DNA from: Chloroflexota bacterium
Lineage (GTDB): Bacteria; Chloroflexota; UBA11872; JBHOQS01
Assembly: GCA_042408875.1 (NCBI GenBank)
Contig: JBHOQS010000018.1
Span: forward strand, 13,112 to 77,111
Reading direction: 5' to 3'
Length of the DNA stretch: 64,000 nucleotides
This document shows, piece by piece, positions 55,550-63,395 of the stretch. The notes under the pieces are model-generated. The model saw only the letters and a list, made by a program, of their open reading frames with translations, made no database searches and was not told the origin of the DNA. Made by a program: the position numbers and the translations under genes. Position 1 is the first letter of the stretch. Each line of letters opens with the position of its first letter.

Positions 55550-56212
55550 ATGGCACGCGATCCGGTCTGTGGCAAAGAGGTTAACCCTCACCAGGCCGCT
55601 GCTCAGGTAGCCTATCACGGCGTGACGTACACTTTTTGCTCCACACACTGCCATGAGGCATTCGTGCATAACCCCCAGAAGTACGCCGAGATGCTGCGAG
55701 CTCATGGGAGCGCCCGCCCTCACCGGCGTGATCTGGCCGGGCACGCAGCGCGGTGGCTGGAGTGGGCGGACCACTTCGTGTATGTGCTTGTAGCTCTTCT
55801 TTTCCTTGGTGCCGCCATGGCCATGGGAGGCTACGCAGTCCTCACATTCGTGCACAGCACCTCCCAATCGTTTCCCCTTCGCTTGATCACCTTTACCAAT
55901 GACCTCCTGCTTGTATTGATCATCTTAGAGGTACTGGGCACAGTGCGCAGCTACCTCGCTACCGGCACGACCTCCCTGCGGCCTTTCCTGTATATCGGTA
56001 TCATCTCCGCCACTCGTCGGATCCTTGCCATCGGCGCACAGTCAACGCTTGGCGAGGTAAAGGGGGAAGAGACCTTCCGGCATCTCATGATTGACCTTGG
56101 CATTAACGGAGCGGTGGTGTTAGCGCTCGCTCTAGCACTGTTCTTGTTCAGCCGCGCCCAACTCAGCGAAGATACAGAGCCTGAAAGCGCCGCAGGCCCG
56201 CGGTGGGAGTAA
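55550..56212 (+). CDS. YHS (TRASH-type metal-binding) domain fused to a PsiE-like membrane domain
   Basis: The N-terminus is DPVCGKEVNPHQAAAQVAYHGVTYTFCSTHCHEAF. The C-terminus has 4 TM segments with LLLVLIILEVLGTVRSYL and LYIGIISATRRIL, resembling PsiE. Confidence 0.65.
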   Translation: MARDPVCGKEVNPHQAAAQVAYHGVTYTFCSTHCHEAFVHNPQKYAEMLRAHGSARPHRRDLAGHAARWLEWADHFVYVLVALLFLGAAMAMGGYAVLTFVHSTSQSFPLRLITFTNDLLLVLIILEVLGTVRSYLATGTTSLRPFLYIGIISATRRILAIGAQSTLGEVKGEETFRHLMIDLGINGAVVLALALALFLFSRAQLSEDTEPESAAGPRWE

Positions 56213-56244
56213 CCACGCAAATCGGTGAATGCAGAAGGCTACAT

Positions 56245-56258
56245 AACCTATATAGGTT
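56245..56258. promoter_or_regulatory. Perfect 14-bp palindrome AACCTATATAGGTT, an operator-like site upstream of the GH28 gene
   Basis: Read directly. It lies 36 nt upstream of ATG 56294 and is followed by TTTAAAAT x2 (56257, 56270) and an AAGGAG SD. Confidence 0.4.
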
Positions 56259-56293
56259 TAAAATATAAATTTAAAATTTAAGGAGCAGCCCTT

Positions 56294-57745
56294 ATGCAAC
56301 GAAGATCGGCGCGCAGGGCACTCCTGACAGCCGGCGGCGTCATTGCAGGAGGTCTCTTGGCCGCGCGGCTAGTAAGCGGATGGGAGGCCCGGAATCACGA
56401 TCATCACAGCGAGGTTCCGACAAGCGAGGTTACTAGAGAAGGCTCCGAACTGGCAGCTTGGGAGATGGCTGAACAGCTTCGAGGGATCATCCGAGTACCT
56501 GATTTTCCAAAACAGTCTTTCCTCATTACCGATTATGGTGCAACCGGCGACGGTCAGACGGATTGCACCGACGCTCTGGCAGCGGCTATTGAAGCCTGCG
56601 CGGCTGCCGGTGGCGGCCGGGTGGTGGTTCCGGCCGGGACGTTCTTGACGGGGCCTGCTCATCTGCGCAGCAACGTCAACCTGCATCTCGAGCGCCAGGC
56701 AACCCTAAGATTCATCCAGGATCCGGCGGCCTATCTGCCGGCCGTCTTCACCCGCTGGCAAGGCATTGAGCTATTCAACTACTCGCCGTTCATCTACGCA
56801 TTCGAACAGGAGAACATAGCGCTAACCGGCGAAGGAATTCTCGACGGACAGGCCAGCGCAAACCACTGGTGGCCTTGGATGAGCACGCGCGTGCCCAACC
56901 AGTATGCTGACTGGACACTGCTCCAGCAAATGGCTGCCCAAGAGCTTCCTGTTGGGCAGCGCATCTTCGGCGGGGGACATTATTTACGACCAAACTTCAT
57001 ACAGTTCTATCGCTGCCGGAACGTGCTCATCGAGGGTGTCACCATCATCAATTCGCCGATGTGGGCTATTCACCCCGTCCTGTCGGAAAACGTTGTCGTG
57101 CGCGGCGTGACTGTCATTAGCCACGGTCCCAACAATGACGGTTGTGACCCGGAGTCCTGCTCCAATGTCTTGATCCAGGGTTGTACCTTCGATACCGGTG
57201 ATGATTGCATCGCTATTAAAGCCGGACGCGATGCGGACGGTCGCCGCGTAAATATCCCGAGTGAGAACATCCTGATCGAAGACTGCGTATTCCGTAACGG
57301 CGCTGCTGGTCTCGCCATTGGCAGCGAGACAAGTGGTGGAGTTCGTGCTGTGTTTGCCCAGAACATTCGCATGATTAGCCGTCATCTTCTACATTGTCTG
57401 CATATCAAAACAAACGCGTATCGAGGCGGAATTATCGAGCAGATCTTTCTGCGCGACAGTAGTGCCGCGCGCGTCGTAGCCGGCGCCATCGAAATAAACC
57501 TTGGCTTCGGGCACTATGAAGAGGGGACAAGCGGAAACTTCCTTCCGGTGGTTCGTGATATCTATGTTCGCAATCTCAGCGTTGAGATTGCTACACATGC
57601 CCTGTCCTTGCGCGGCCATCCCGAGAGCCCCATCCAGCGCCTGCGCGTGACGGATTCGACCTTTAAGAGCGTAACCAAACCGAATGTCCTCAAGCACGTG
57701 GAGGACATCCAGCTTCGTAACGTCTTCATCCCGGAAGGGGCCTGA
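56294..57745 (+). CDS. GH28-family glycoside hydrolase (polygalacturonase-like) with a twin-arginine signal peptide
   Basis: The catalytic region is GPNNDGCDPESC...FDTGDDCIAIKAG...RNG. The N-terminus MQRRSARRALLTAGGVIAGGLLAA fits a Tat signal. Confidence 0.85.
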   Translation: MQRRSARRALLTAGGVIAGGLLAARLVSGWEARNHDHHSEVPTSEVTREGSELAAWEMAEQLRGIIRVPDFPKQSFLITDYGATGDGQTDCTDALAAAIEACAAAGGGRVVVPAGTFLTGPAHLRSNVNLHLERQATLRFIQDPAAYLPAVFTRWQGIELFNYSPFIYAFEQENIALTGEGILDGQASANHWWPWMSTRVPNQYADWTLLQQMAAQELPVGQRIFGGGHYLRPNFIQFYRCRNVLIEGVTIINSPMWAIHPVLSENVVVRGVTVISHGPNNDGCDPESCSNVLIQGCTFDTGDDCIAIKAGRDADGRRVNIPSENILIEDCVFRNGAAGLAIGSETSGGVRAVFAQNIRMISRHLLHCLHIKTNAYRGGIIEQIFLRDSSAARVVAGAIEINLGFGHYEEGTSGNFLPVVRDIYVRNLSVEIATHALSLRGHPESPIQRLRVTDSTFKSVTKPNVLKHVEDIQLRNVFIPEGA

Positions 57746-58716
57746 TGCGACGGGTGTGGCAACTTGTAAGTGCGCTGCTTTTGGGGACCGGCGGTGGCGT
57801 CACTGCCGGCGCTCTTCTCGTCCAGTACAAGCACGAATCGCACCATACGCCTCCCAGCTCTGCGCTCCAGTTCAGCGATCCTTCAGCCGAAACGCCACCG
57901 CCCTGGACTGGAAAGGCACGGGTGACTGTGCTGCTCGTGGGCCTGGATGCACGCGCAGGCGATCCCGATCCACCGCGCACAGACACCATCATCCTTGCCT
58001 CGCTGGATACAGCGGAGAAGCGGGCTGCGATCGTATCGATCCCGCGGGACCTGTGGGTCCCCATCCCGGGACACGGCTACGATCGCATCAACGCAGCCTG
58101 GCCGCTCGGTGAAGCACAACACCGCATGTCGGCACAAACGCGAACCGCTTCGCCGCCGATCACCGATGCGGCCTTACTCCGCCAGACAATCGAGGCAAAC
58201 TTTGGCATCCCGATCGATTACTTCGTGGCCATCGACTTCCAGGGATTCATCCGTGTCATTGATGCGCTGGGGGGCGTACTCGTTGACGTGGAGCGCCCGC
58301 TCAAGGATAACGAATATCCGAGCTTTGACTATCCGCACTACGAACGCATCTACATTCCGGCCGGGCTGCAAACAATGGACGGCATGACGGCCCTCCGCTA
58401 CGTGCGCTCCCGCCACCAGGACAGCAACTTCGGCCGACAGCGCCGGCAGCAGCAGGTGCTCCTGGCAGTGCGGGAACGGCTCCTGCGCCTCAATATGGTG
58501 CCTCGACTTCCCCAGCTCATCAGCGCGCTCCGCGACACAGTACGCACAGATATGCCGCTTACAGAGATACTGGCCCTGGCCCGCATCGCGCTTGAGGTAA
58601 CGCCAGAACGGATCACCACGCGCGTGATTGCAGTACACAGCCCCCGATGCCAGCCGCGCCGTAGTACTCACACTGCGCAATACCGCCGGCCCTCGTGGCG
58701 AGCGCGCGGCAGATGA
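57745..58716 (+). CDS. LytR-CpsA-Psr (LCP) family protein
   Basis: It has an N-terminal TM segment, then RTDTIILASLD, IPRDLWVPIP, INAA, DYFVAIDFQGFIRVIDALGG and ALRYVRSRH. The ATG overlaps the GH28 stop by 1 nt (TGATG). The last 30 or so codons may be out of frame (see the next feature). Confidence 0.85.
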   Translation: MRRVWQLVSALLLGTGGGVTAGALLVQYKHESHHTPPSSALQFSDPSAETPPPWTGKARVTVLLVGLDARAGDPDPPRTDTIILASLDTAEKRAAIVSIPRDLWVPIPGHGYDRINAAWPLGEAQHRMSAQTRTASPPITDAALLRQTIEANFGIPIDYFVAIDFQGFIRVIDALGGVLVDVERPLKDNEYPSFDYPHYERIYIPAGLQTMDGMTALRYVRSRHQDSNFGRQRRQQQVLLAVRERLLRLNMVPRLPQLISALRDTVRTDMPLTEILALARIALEVTPERITTRVIAVHSPRCQPRRSTHTAQYRRPSWRARGR

Positions 58717-58903
58717 AGAGACGGTACAGCTCGTGCTGCAATTGCTTGATCCGACAGCTTGGTACGCCGTCTCTGTGGAGCACGCGAGCGGAGAAGTCCA
58801 GACCCTGGGTTTCCTGAGCGGTGCTGCCCTGATGAAGGAGGGAATCCAGCTGGCCCTGCCGCGTCCGGGCGTAGCGTGGGTCTCTGTTGCCTCTATGATA
58901 TAA
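58628..58903 (+). other. Overlapping +1-frame ORF (91 aa): a possible frameshifted continuation or a gene remnant
   Basis: The TTG-initiated ORF opens right after an in-frame TGA (58625-27) and overlaps the LCP 3' end by 89 nt. By hand count its G/C third-position bias is slightly higher than that of the LCP frame over the overlap. Confidence 0.3.
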
Positions 58904-58941
58904 CTTCTATGACAAAATATAACTTTAGTAACAAATATAAC
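58898..58941. repeat. ATATAAC x3 (periods of 19 and 18 nt) in an AT-rich island
   Basis: The copies are at 58898-904, 58917-923 and 58935-941. Confidence 0.85.
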
Positions 58942-59078
58942 AAATGAGGCTCTTGAGGCCAAGTGAGAAAGGACTGGATTAAGGAAATCGCACGCCTCTC
59001 GTTACAGCGCCGACAACCAGCCTGGCCCTCCCCTCAGGTTCCTCTGCCGCATTCAGGGGTCTGGTTGTCTCCGTCCTC

Positions 59079-60917
59079 TTACTCGCCCCAGAGTTCCAGA
59101 CTCCGCTCCATATCCAGCCGCACTAGCTCGGCCACGATCTCGCCGATCTCTCGCGGGCCGAGGTCGGCCCCGGTGCGCAGGCGCACGGCGGCCGTGCCCG
59201 AGGCCGCCTCCCTGTCGCCCACCACCAGCATGTATGGGATCTTCTGGAGCTGGGCGTCCCGGATCTTGGCGTTCATACGCTCGGATCGGTCATCCACCTC
59301 CACGCGCAGCTTGTTCGCGGCAAGCTGCTCTGCCACCTGCCGCGCATAGGGCACATGGCGGTCAGCGATCGGAATCACCACCGCCTGCACCGGCGCCAGC
59401 CAGAACGGGAAGGCCCCGGCGTAGTGCTCGATCAGGATGCCAATGAAGCGCTCCAGCGAGCCGTAAATGACGCGGTGGATCACTACCGGCGTCTTCTCCG
59501 TGCCGTCGCGGTCGGTGTACGTGCAGTTGAAGCGCCGCGGGAGCTGGAAGTCAAGCTGAATGGTACCTGTCTGCCACTCGCGACCGAGCGCGTCGCGCAT
59601 CAGGATATCCAGCTTGGGTCCGTAGAAGGCACCTTCGCCTTCGCCGATCACGTAATTGCCCGGCCCGGCATGCTTGTCCAGGATACGCGTGAGCGCCGCC
59701 TCGGCCTTGTCCCAGGTCTCTGGGTCGCCCATGAAGTCGCGGGGGCGCGTGCCCAGGCGCAGGGAGTACTTCAGCCCGAAGATACCATAGAAGCGATTGG
59801 CGATCTCCAGGATGCGGTCGTACTCTTCCTCGATCTGCTCTTCGGTGACGAAGATATGGGCGTCGTCTTGCTGGAACTTGCGCACGCGCAGGAGCCCGTG
59901 CAGCGTCCCTGACCGCTCATAGCGGTGCAGGATATCGCAGTCGGACAGCCGCAGCGGGAGGTCACGGTAGCTGCGCTTTTTCAGGTTATAGACCACCATG
60001 GCGTTGGGGCAGTTCATCGGCTTAACGCCATAGGTGATATGCTCCTCCACCGGGATGATAAACATGTTCTCCCGATAGTGCTCCCAGTGCCCCGACGTCT
60101 CCCACAGGCTCTTGTCGTTGATGAGTGGCGCGGCGATCTCTTGATAGCCGCGCTTTTCGTGCTCCTCGCGCCAGAAGGCCAGCAGCGTGTTCAGCACCTT
60201 GAGGCCTTTGGGCAGCCAGTACGGCATGCCGGGGGCCGTCTGGTCGAAGTGGAAAAGCTCGAGCTCACGGCCCAGCCGGCGATGGTCGCGCCGCTCGGCC
60301 TCTGCCCGCCGCCACAGATACCGCTCCAGCTCCTCTTTGGTGTGCCACGCCGTCCCGTAAATACGCTGGAGCATCGGCCGCCGCTCATCGCCACGCCAAT
60401 ACGCTCCGGCCACCGTCAGGAGCTTGAGGGCATCGGCCGGGATCTGCCCCGTGCGCTCGACGTGCGGCCCGCGGCACAGGTCTTCGAAGCCATCATGCCG
60501 GTAGGTGCTCAAGACCGGACGCTGTCCTTCAGGCAGGCGGTTCCCGTACTCATCCGTGCCGCGGGAGAGAATGTCCTCGATCAGCTCCAGCTTGTACGGC
60601 TGGTGCTTGAAGAGCTCGCGCGCCTCCTCCGGAGAGACCTCGCGCCGGATGAAGGGATAGTCTTCTTTAATGATCTCTTTCATCCGTGCCTCGATCTTCT
60701 CCAGGTCCTCCGGGGTAAGGGAGCGAGGCAGGTCGAAGTCGTAGTAGAAGCCATCCTCGATGGGCGGACCGATGGCCAGCTTCCCCTCGGGGAACATCTC
60801 CAACACTGCCTGCGCCATCACATGGGCGGCCGAGTGGCGGATCCGATAGAGATCGGGCTGATCGACATGTTCGTCTTGCACCATCCCAGCGGGTTCCGCC
60901 CTGTTCGTCTGCGCCAT
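59079..60917 (-). CDS. thrS: Threonyl-tRNA synthetase (short N-terminus, apparently no TGS domain)
   Basis: It has RHSAAHVMAQAV (the HxxxH editing/SAD motif), class II motifs (YRDLPLRL, GTLHGLLRVRKFQQDDAHIF, GAFYGPK) and an anticodon-binding C-terminus. ATG 60915-60917 is preceded by a GGGAGG SD. Confidence 0.93.
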   Translation of the reverse strand: MAQTNRAEPAGMVQDEHVDQPDLYRIRHSAAHVMAQAVLEMFPEGKLAIGPPIEDGFYYDFDLPRSLTPEDLEKIEARMKEIIKEDYPFIRREVSPEEARELFKHQPYKLELIEDILSRGTDEYGNRLPEGQRPVLSTYRHDGFEDLCRGPHVERTGQIPADALKLLTVAGAYWRGDERRPMLQRIYGTAWHTKEELERYLWRRAEAERRDHRRLGRELELFHFDQTAPGMPYWLPKGLKVLNTLLAFWREEHEKRGYQEIAAPLINDKSLWETSGHWEHYRENMFIIPVEEHITYGVKPMNCPNAMVVYNLKKRSYRDLPLRLSDCDILHRYERSGTLHGLLRVRKFQQDDAHIFVTEEQIEEEYDRILEIANRFYGIFGLKYSLRLGTRPRDFMGDPETWDKAEAALTRILDKHAGPGNYVIGEGEGAFYGPKLDILMRDALGREWQTGTIQLDFQLPRRFNCTYTDRDGTEKTPVVIHRVIYGSLERFIGILIEHYAGAFPFWLAPVQAVVIPIADRHVPYARQVAEQLAANKLRVEVDDRSERMNAKIRDAQLQKIPYMLVVGDREAASGTAAVRLRTGADLGPREIGEIVAELVRLDMERSLELWGE

Positions 60918-61232
60918 TTGCGTCTGCCTCCCTGAGAAAAGCCAGCAGGCCCCTCGCCACGCATGGGACGAGAGGCCTGCTTGAGGTTGCTCGCGGTTCC
61001 ACCCAGCTTCAGGCGCACCGCGGCGAGCAGCCGCCGCGGGGGACACCTGCACTCATTGTGCCGTAACGCGTTGCTGCGTGCCGGCTTACTGCGTGCGCCT
61101 CAGGCACACGGTTCGGCCGCAGGCTCCCAGGTGGTTTTCCCCGCTGCCGTGACGAGGCGGCTTCCAGCCGGTGGCCGCCACTCTCTGGCCGTCCGCGACG
61201 CGGCGGGTACTCGTCCTGATCATCGCCGTTTT
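60918..61232 (-). promoter_or_regulatory. T-box riboswitch leader (Thr, specifier ACC) controlling thrS
   Basis: On the minus strand I read GGCGAUGAUCAGGACGAGUA (GA/K-turn plus AGUA), AGAGAG and GGCUGGAA (Stem I distal motifs) and GGGGAAAACCACC (GAA-A-ACC-A specifier context, ACC = complement of 61133-61135). The T-box sequence GCUGGGUGGAACCGCGAG is the complement of about 60990-61007. A terminator hairpin with a U-tract follows. Confidence 0.85.
60934..60981 (-). terminator. T-box leader terminator helix
   Basis: On the minus strand AGCAGGCCTCTCG...CGAGGGGCCTGCT is followed by GGCTTTTCTC. Its 5' arm overlaps the region that can pair with the T-box sequence to form the antiterminator. Confidence 0.65.
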
Positions 61233-61351
61233 CCTAATACCCTTGTCACAGTGCACGTGCGGCGGCCGCTGCCGGCTCTCACACGTTTAACTGGCTATCA
61301 GCATAGCACAGCCCGCGCGATGGCGGCAAGCGCTGCGACGCCGGGCCCGAG

Positions 61352-61621
61352 CTATCCGGTCGGTGCTTCCTCCGGTATCTCCAGGCCGGTGCTACACGCT
61401 AGATCTTCTTCGCCATAGCGGGCCTGGAGCATACTCCCCAGGGCTATCAGCCAGGCGCCAATCTGCCAGGCAGCACGGTGGGAGCGCTGCCGGCGTCCAG
61501 CCAAACGTCGCTGAGCATCCTGGGCGAGACGGCTCACACGCTCGTGTGCGGCCTCGGACCGCAGGCGCTCCTGCCGGCTGTGTATGACGAACTCCAGCCA
61601 GGACGGATCATGCATTGCCAT
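61352..61621 (-). CDS. Hypothetical small protein (89 aa) with one C-terminal hydrophobic helix
   Basis: It has an AGGAAG SD, an Arg-rich helical N-terminus and a WQIGAWLIALGSML segment. Confidence 0.45.
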   Translation of the reverse strand: MAMHDPSWLEFVIHSRQERLRSEAAHERVSRLAQDAQRRLAGRRQRSHRAAWQIGAWLIALGSMLQARYGEEDLACSTGLEIPEEAPTG

Positions 61622-61725
61622 CTTCCTGCACCTTTACATTCCACACCCGAGGTTGCCGGCTGCGCTCCTCCAGTGGGCTGCGGTTCAGCACGCCGCGTCC
61701 GGCAGGCAGTGAACCCGAGCACAAC

Positions 61726-62520
61726 TCACGAACTCCCAAGAGCCCTTGGGAGCACCATGGCCAGCAGCACGAACATGCCAGCGCCCAGCAGCATGATGCC
61801 GAGCGGCGCGCTCAGCCGGCGGCCCTGCGGCAGGTTCTTCTCCACGGCCATGGCTGCCCCCAACGCCAGCATCCAGGCCGGGTTGCCGGTCCCCACCGCG
61901 AACATCACCAGCATGAGCGACCAGCAGCAGCCCAGACAGTAGAGCCCGTGGTGCAGCCCCAGCCAGAGCGCCTCGATGCGGGGCTGCCGGCCGTGCCAGT
62001 GGCTCATGATAAAGTGCAGCGGTGAGCGACACTTGGCGAGGCAGTGGTACTTCAGCGGCGTGAACTGGTACGCCCCGGCCACCAGGAGCGTGGCCGCCCC
62101 AATCAGACCGGAGCGCTCCTCCAGCCAGGCCTGCGTGGCGATGGCGAGGTGCACCCCCAGGTCGGCCAAATGCACCAGCAGGCCGAAGGCGCTCCACACC
62201 AGCAGGTAGCCGGCCAGGAGCAGGCCGGCCAGCCAGCGCTGGTGGGGGCGCTGCCGGGTGAGCCCGGCGAAGAGGGTGAGCAGGGGCAGGCTGGTGGGCA
62301 GCATCATCGCCACGGTCATCACCGTCCAGCCGGCCACCACGACCAACAGCACGAGGGCGCCAGCGCCCGGCCCGGCCAGCCAGACGATCCCCAGCGCCCG
62401 GTGGTTGAGCAGCCAGGCGTAGGGCGAAACGCCCCAGAGTAAGAGCGCCAGCCAGGCCAGCCCGACCAGCAGGATCATGCTGACTAGGAATGGCCGGCGA
62501 TCGGTGACCGGTACCCACAT
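61726..62520 (-). CDS. DUF2182-family integral membrane protein (predicted metal-binding)
   Basis: It has about 6 TM segments and the MMLPTSLPLL motif. It pairs with DUF1326, a gene pair I recall as conserved. ATG 62518-62520 is preceded by a GGAGGAGGG SD. Confidence 0.65.
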   Translation of the reverse strand: MWVPVTDRRPFLVSMILLVGLAWLALLLWGVSPYAWLLNHRALGIVWLAGPGAGALVLLVVVAGWTVMTVAMMLPTSLPLLTLFAGLTRQRPHQRWLAGLLLAGYLLVWSAFGLLVHLADLGVHLAIATQAWLEERSGLIGAATLLVAGAYQFTPLKYHCLAKCRSPLHFIMSHWHGRQPRIEALWLGLHHGLYCLGCCWSLMLVMFAVGTGNPAWMLALGAAMAVEKNLPQGRRLSAPLGIMLLGAGMFVLLAMVLPRALGSS

Positions 62521-62667
62521 AGCACCCTCCTCCAACCCGCTGGCGGCAGCCGCGAGAACTGCACGCTGCCGCCAGCGGGGATCGCCCGGGAGACAGGAGG
62601 TCGCGCTGCAGTGAGGTGTCGAGATGGCCCTAGACAGCCCACCCCGGCCCAAGCCATTCGTACGCGG

Positions 62668-63279
62668 CTAGGCGTCGAAGTCGAAGCGGAAGGAGCCCTG
62701 AATGGCGTTGTGGTTCTGCAACTCGATCTCGGCCAGACCGTAGCGGGCGCCGCGCAAGCGATACGTTGGGGCCTTCGCTACATAGGCCGGCGAGCCGGGG
62801 ATGGTCGAGAAGATGCTCTCATTGAGCGTGGTCACCTGGCCGGTGGGCCCACGATAGGGCATTAACTCAGCCTCCGCCACGGTGCCGATGCGCAGCGTGC
62901 CTTTTCCTTCGCTGACGGCGAACATCACTGGCAGCTGCTCCACCGCCACGAGCTCGCCGATGAGTTGCGCCAGATCGGCCAGCGGCCCGCCGCGCTTGCC
63001 GGTCCAGGTATCCACGAGGGCCTGCTGCTGCTCGGCCGTGGCGCCATCGTCCACCACCAGGATGGCGCGCCAGCCCCCCTTCAGGATGTTGCCAGGAATA
63101 TGTACAAGAGCAGCCACGGTACGTCCGGAGACATCGACCCCGTCGATCGTGCCGCGATCGATGTGCCAGGCATTGACGCCCTCGCAGGTGCCGTTGTCCG
63201 GATCTTCGCCGATCCAGCAGGGGCAGAGCACATTGCAGCTACAGACTTCGAGAAGCTGTCCCTCCAGGTGGTAGCCCAT
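62668..63279 (-). CDS. DUF1326-family protein
   Basis: The N-terminal LEVCSCNVLCPCWIG Cys cluster and the overall length (203 aa) are typical. It lies upstream of DUF2182. Confidence 0.7.
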   Translation of the reverse strand: MGYHLEGQLLEVCSCNVLCPCWIGEDPDNGTCEGVNAWHIDRGTIDGVDVSGRTVAALVHIPGNILKGGWRAILVVDDGATAEQQQALVDTWTGKRGGPLADLAQLIGELVAVEQLPVMFAVSEGKGTLRIGTVAEAELMPYRGPTGQVTTLNESIFSTIPGSPAYVAKAPTYRLRGARYGLAEIELQNHNAIQGSFRFDFDA

Positions 63280-63299
63280 GGAAGTCCCCCTTTTCTTTT

Positions 63300-63343
63300 T
63301 ATAAACTAATAATTATAAACTTATAAACTAATAACTATAAGCT
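63300..63343. repeat. AT-rich repeats: TATAAACT x3 plus TATAAGCT, including TATAAACTAATAA x2
   Basis: The copies are at 63300, 63314, 63322 and 63336, immediately upstream of the DUF1326 SD and ATG. Confidence 0.9.
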
Positions 63344-63395
63344 AACAAAGTCGTTTCGCCTTTCCGCGCCTCGCTATCCCGCCATCCGAAGGCGC

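Noticed and set aside
61126-61140. Alternative reading of the T-box specifier as AAC (Asn) in GGGGAAAACCACC.
   Set aside because: With AAC, the base following the codon would be C rather than the conserved purine. ACC followed by A fits the consensus and matches the downstream thrS gene.
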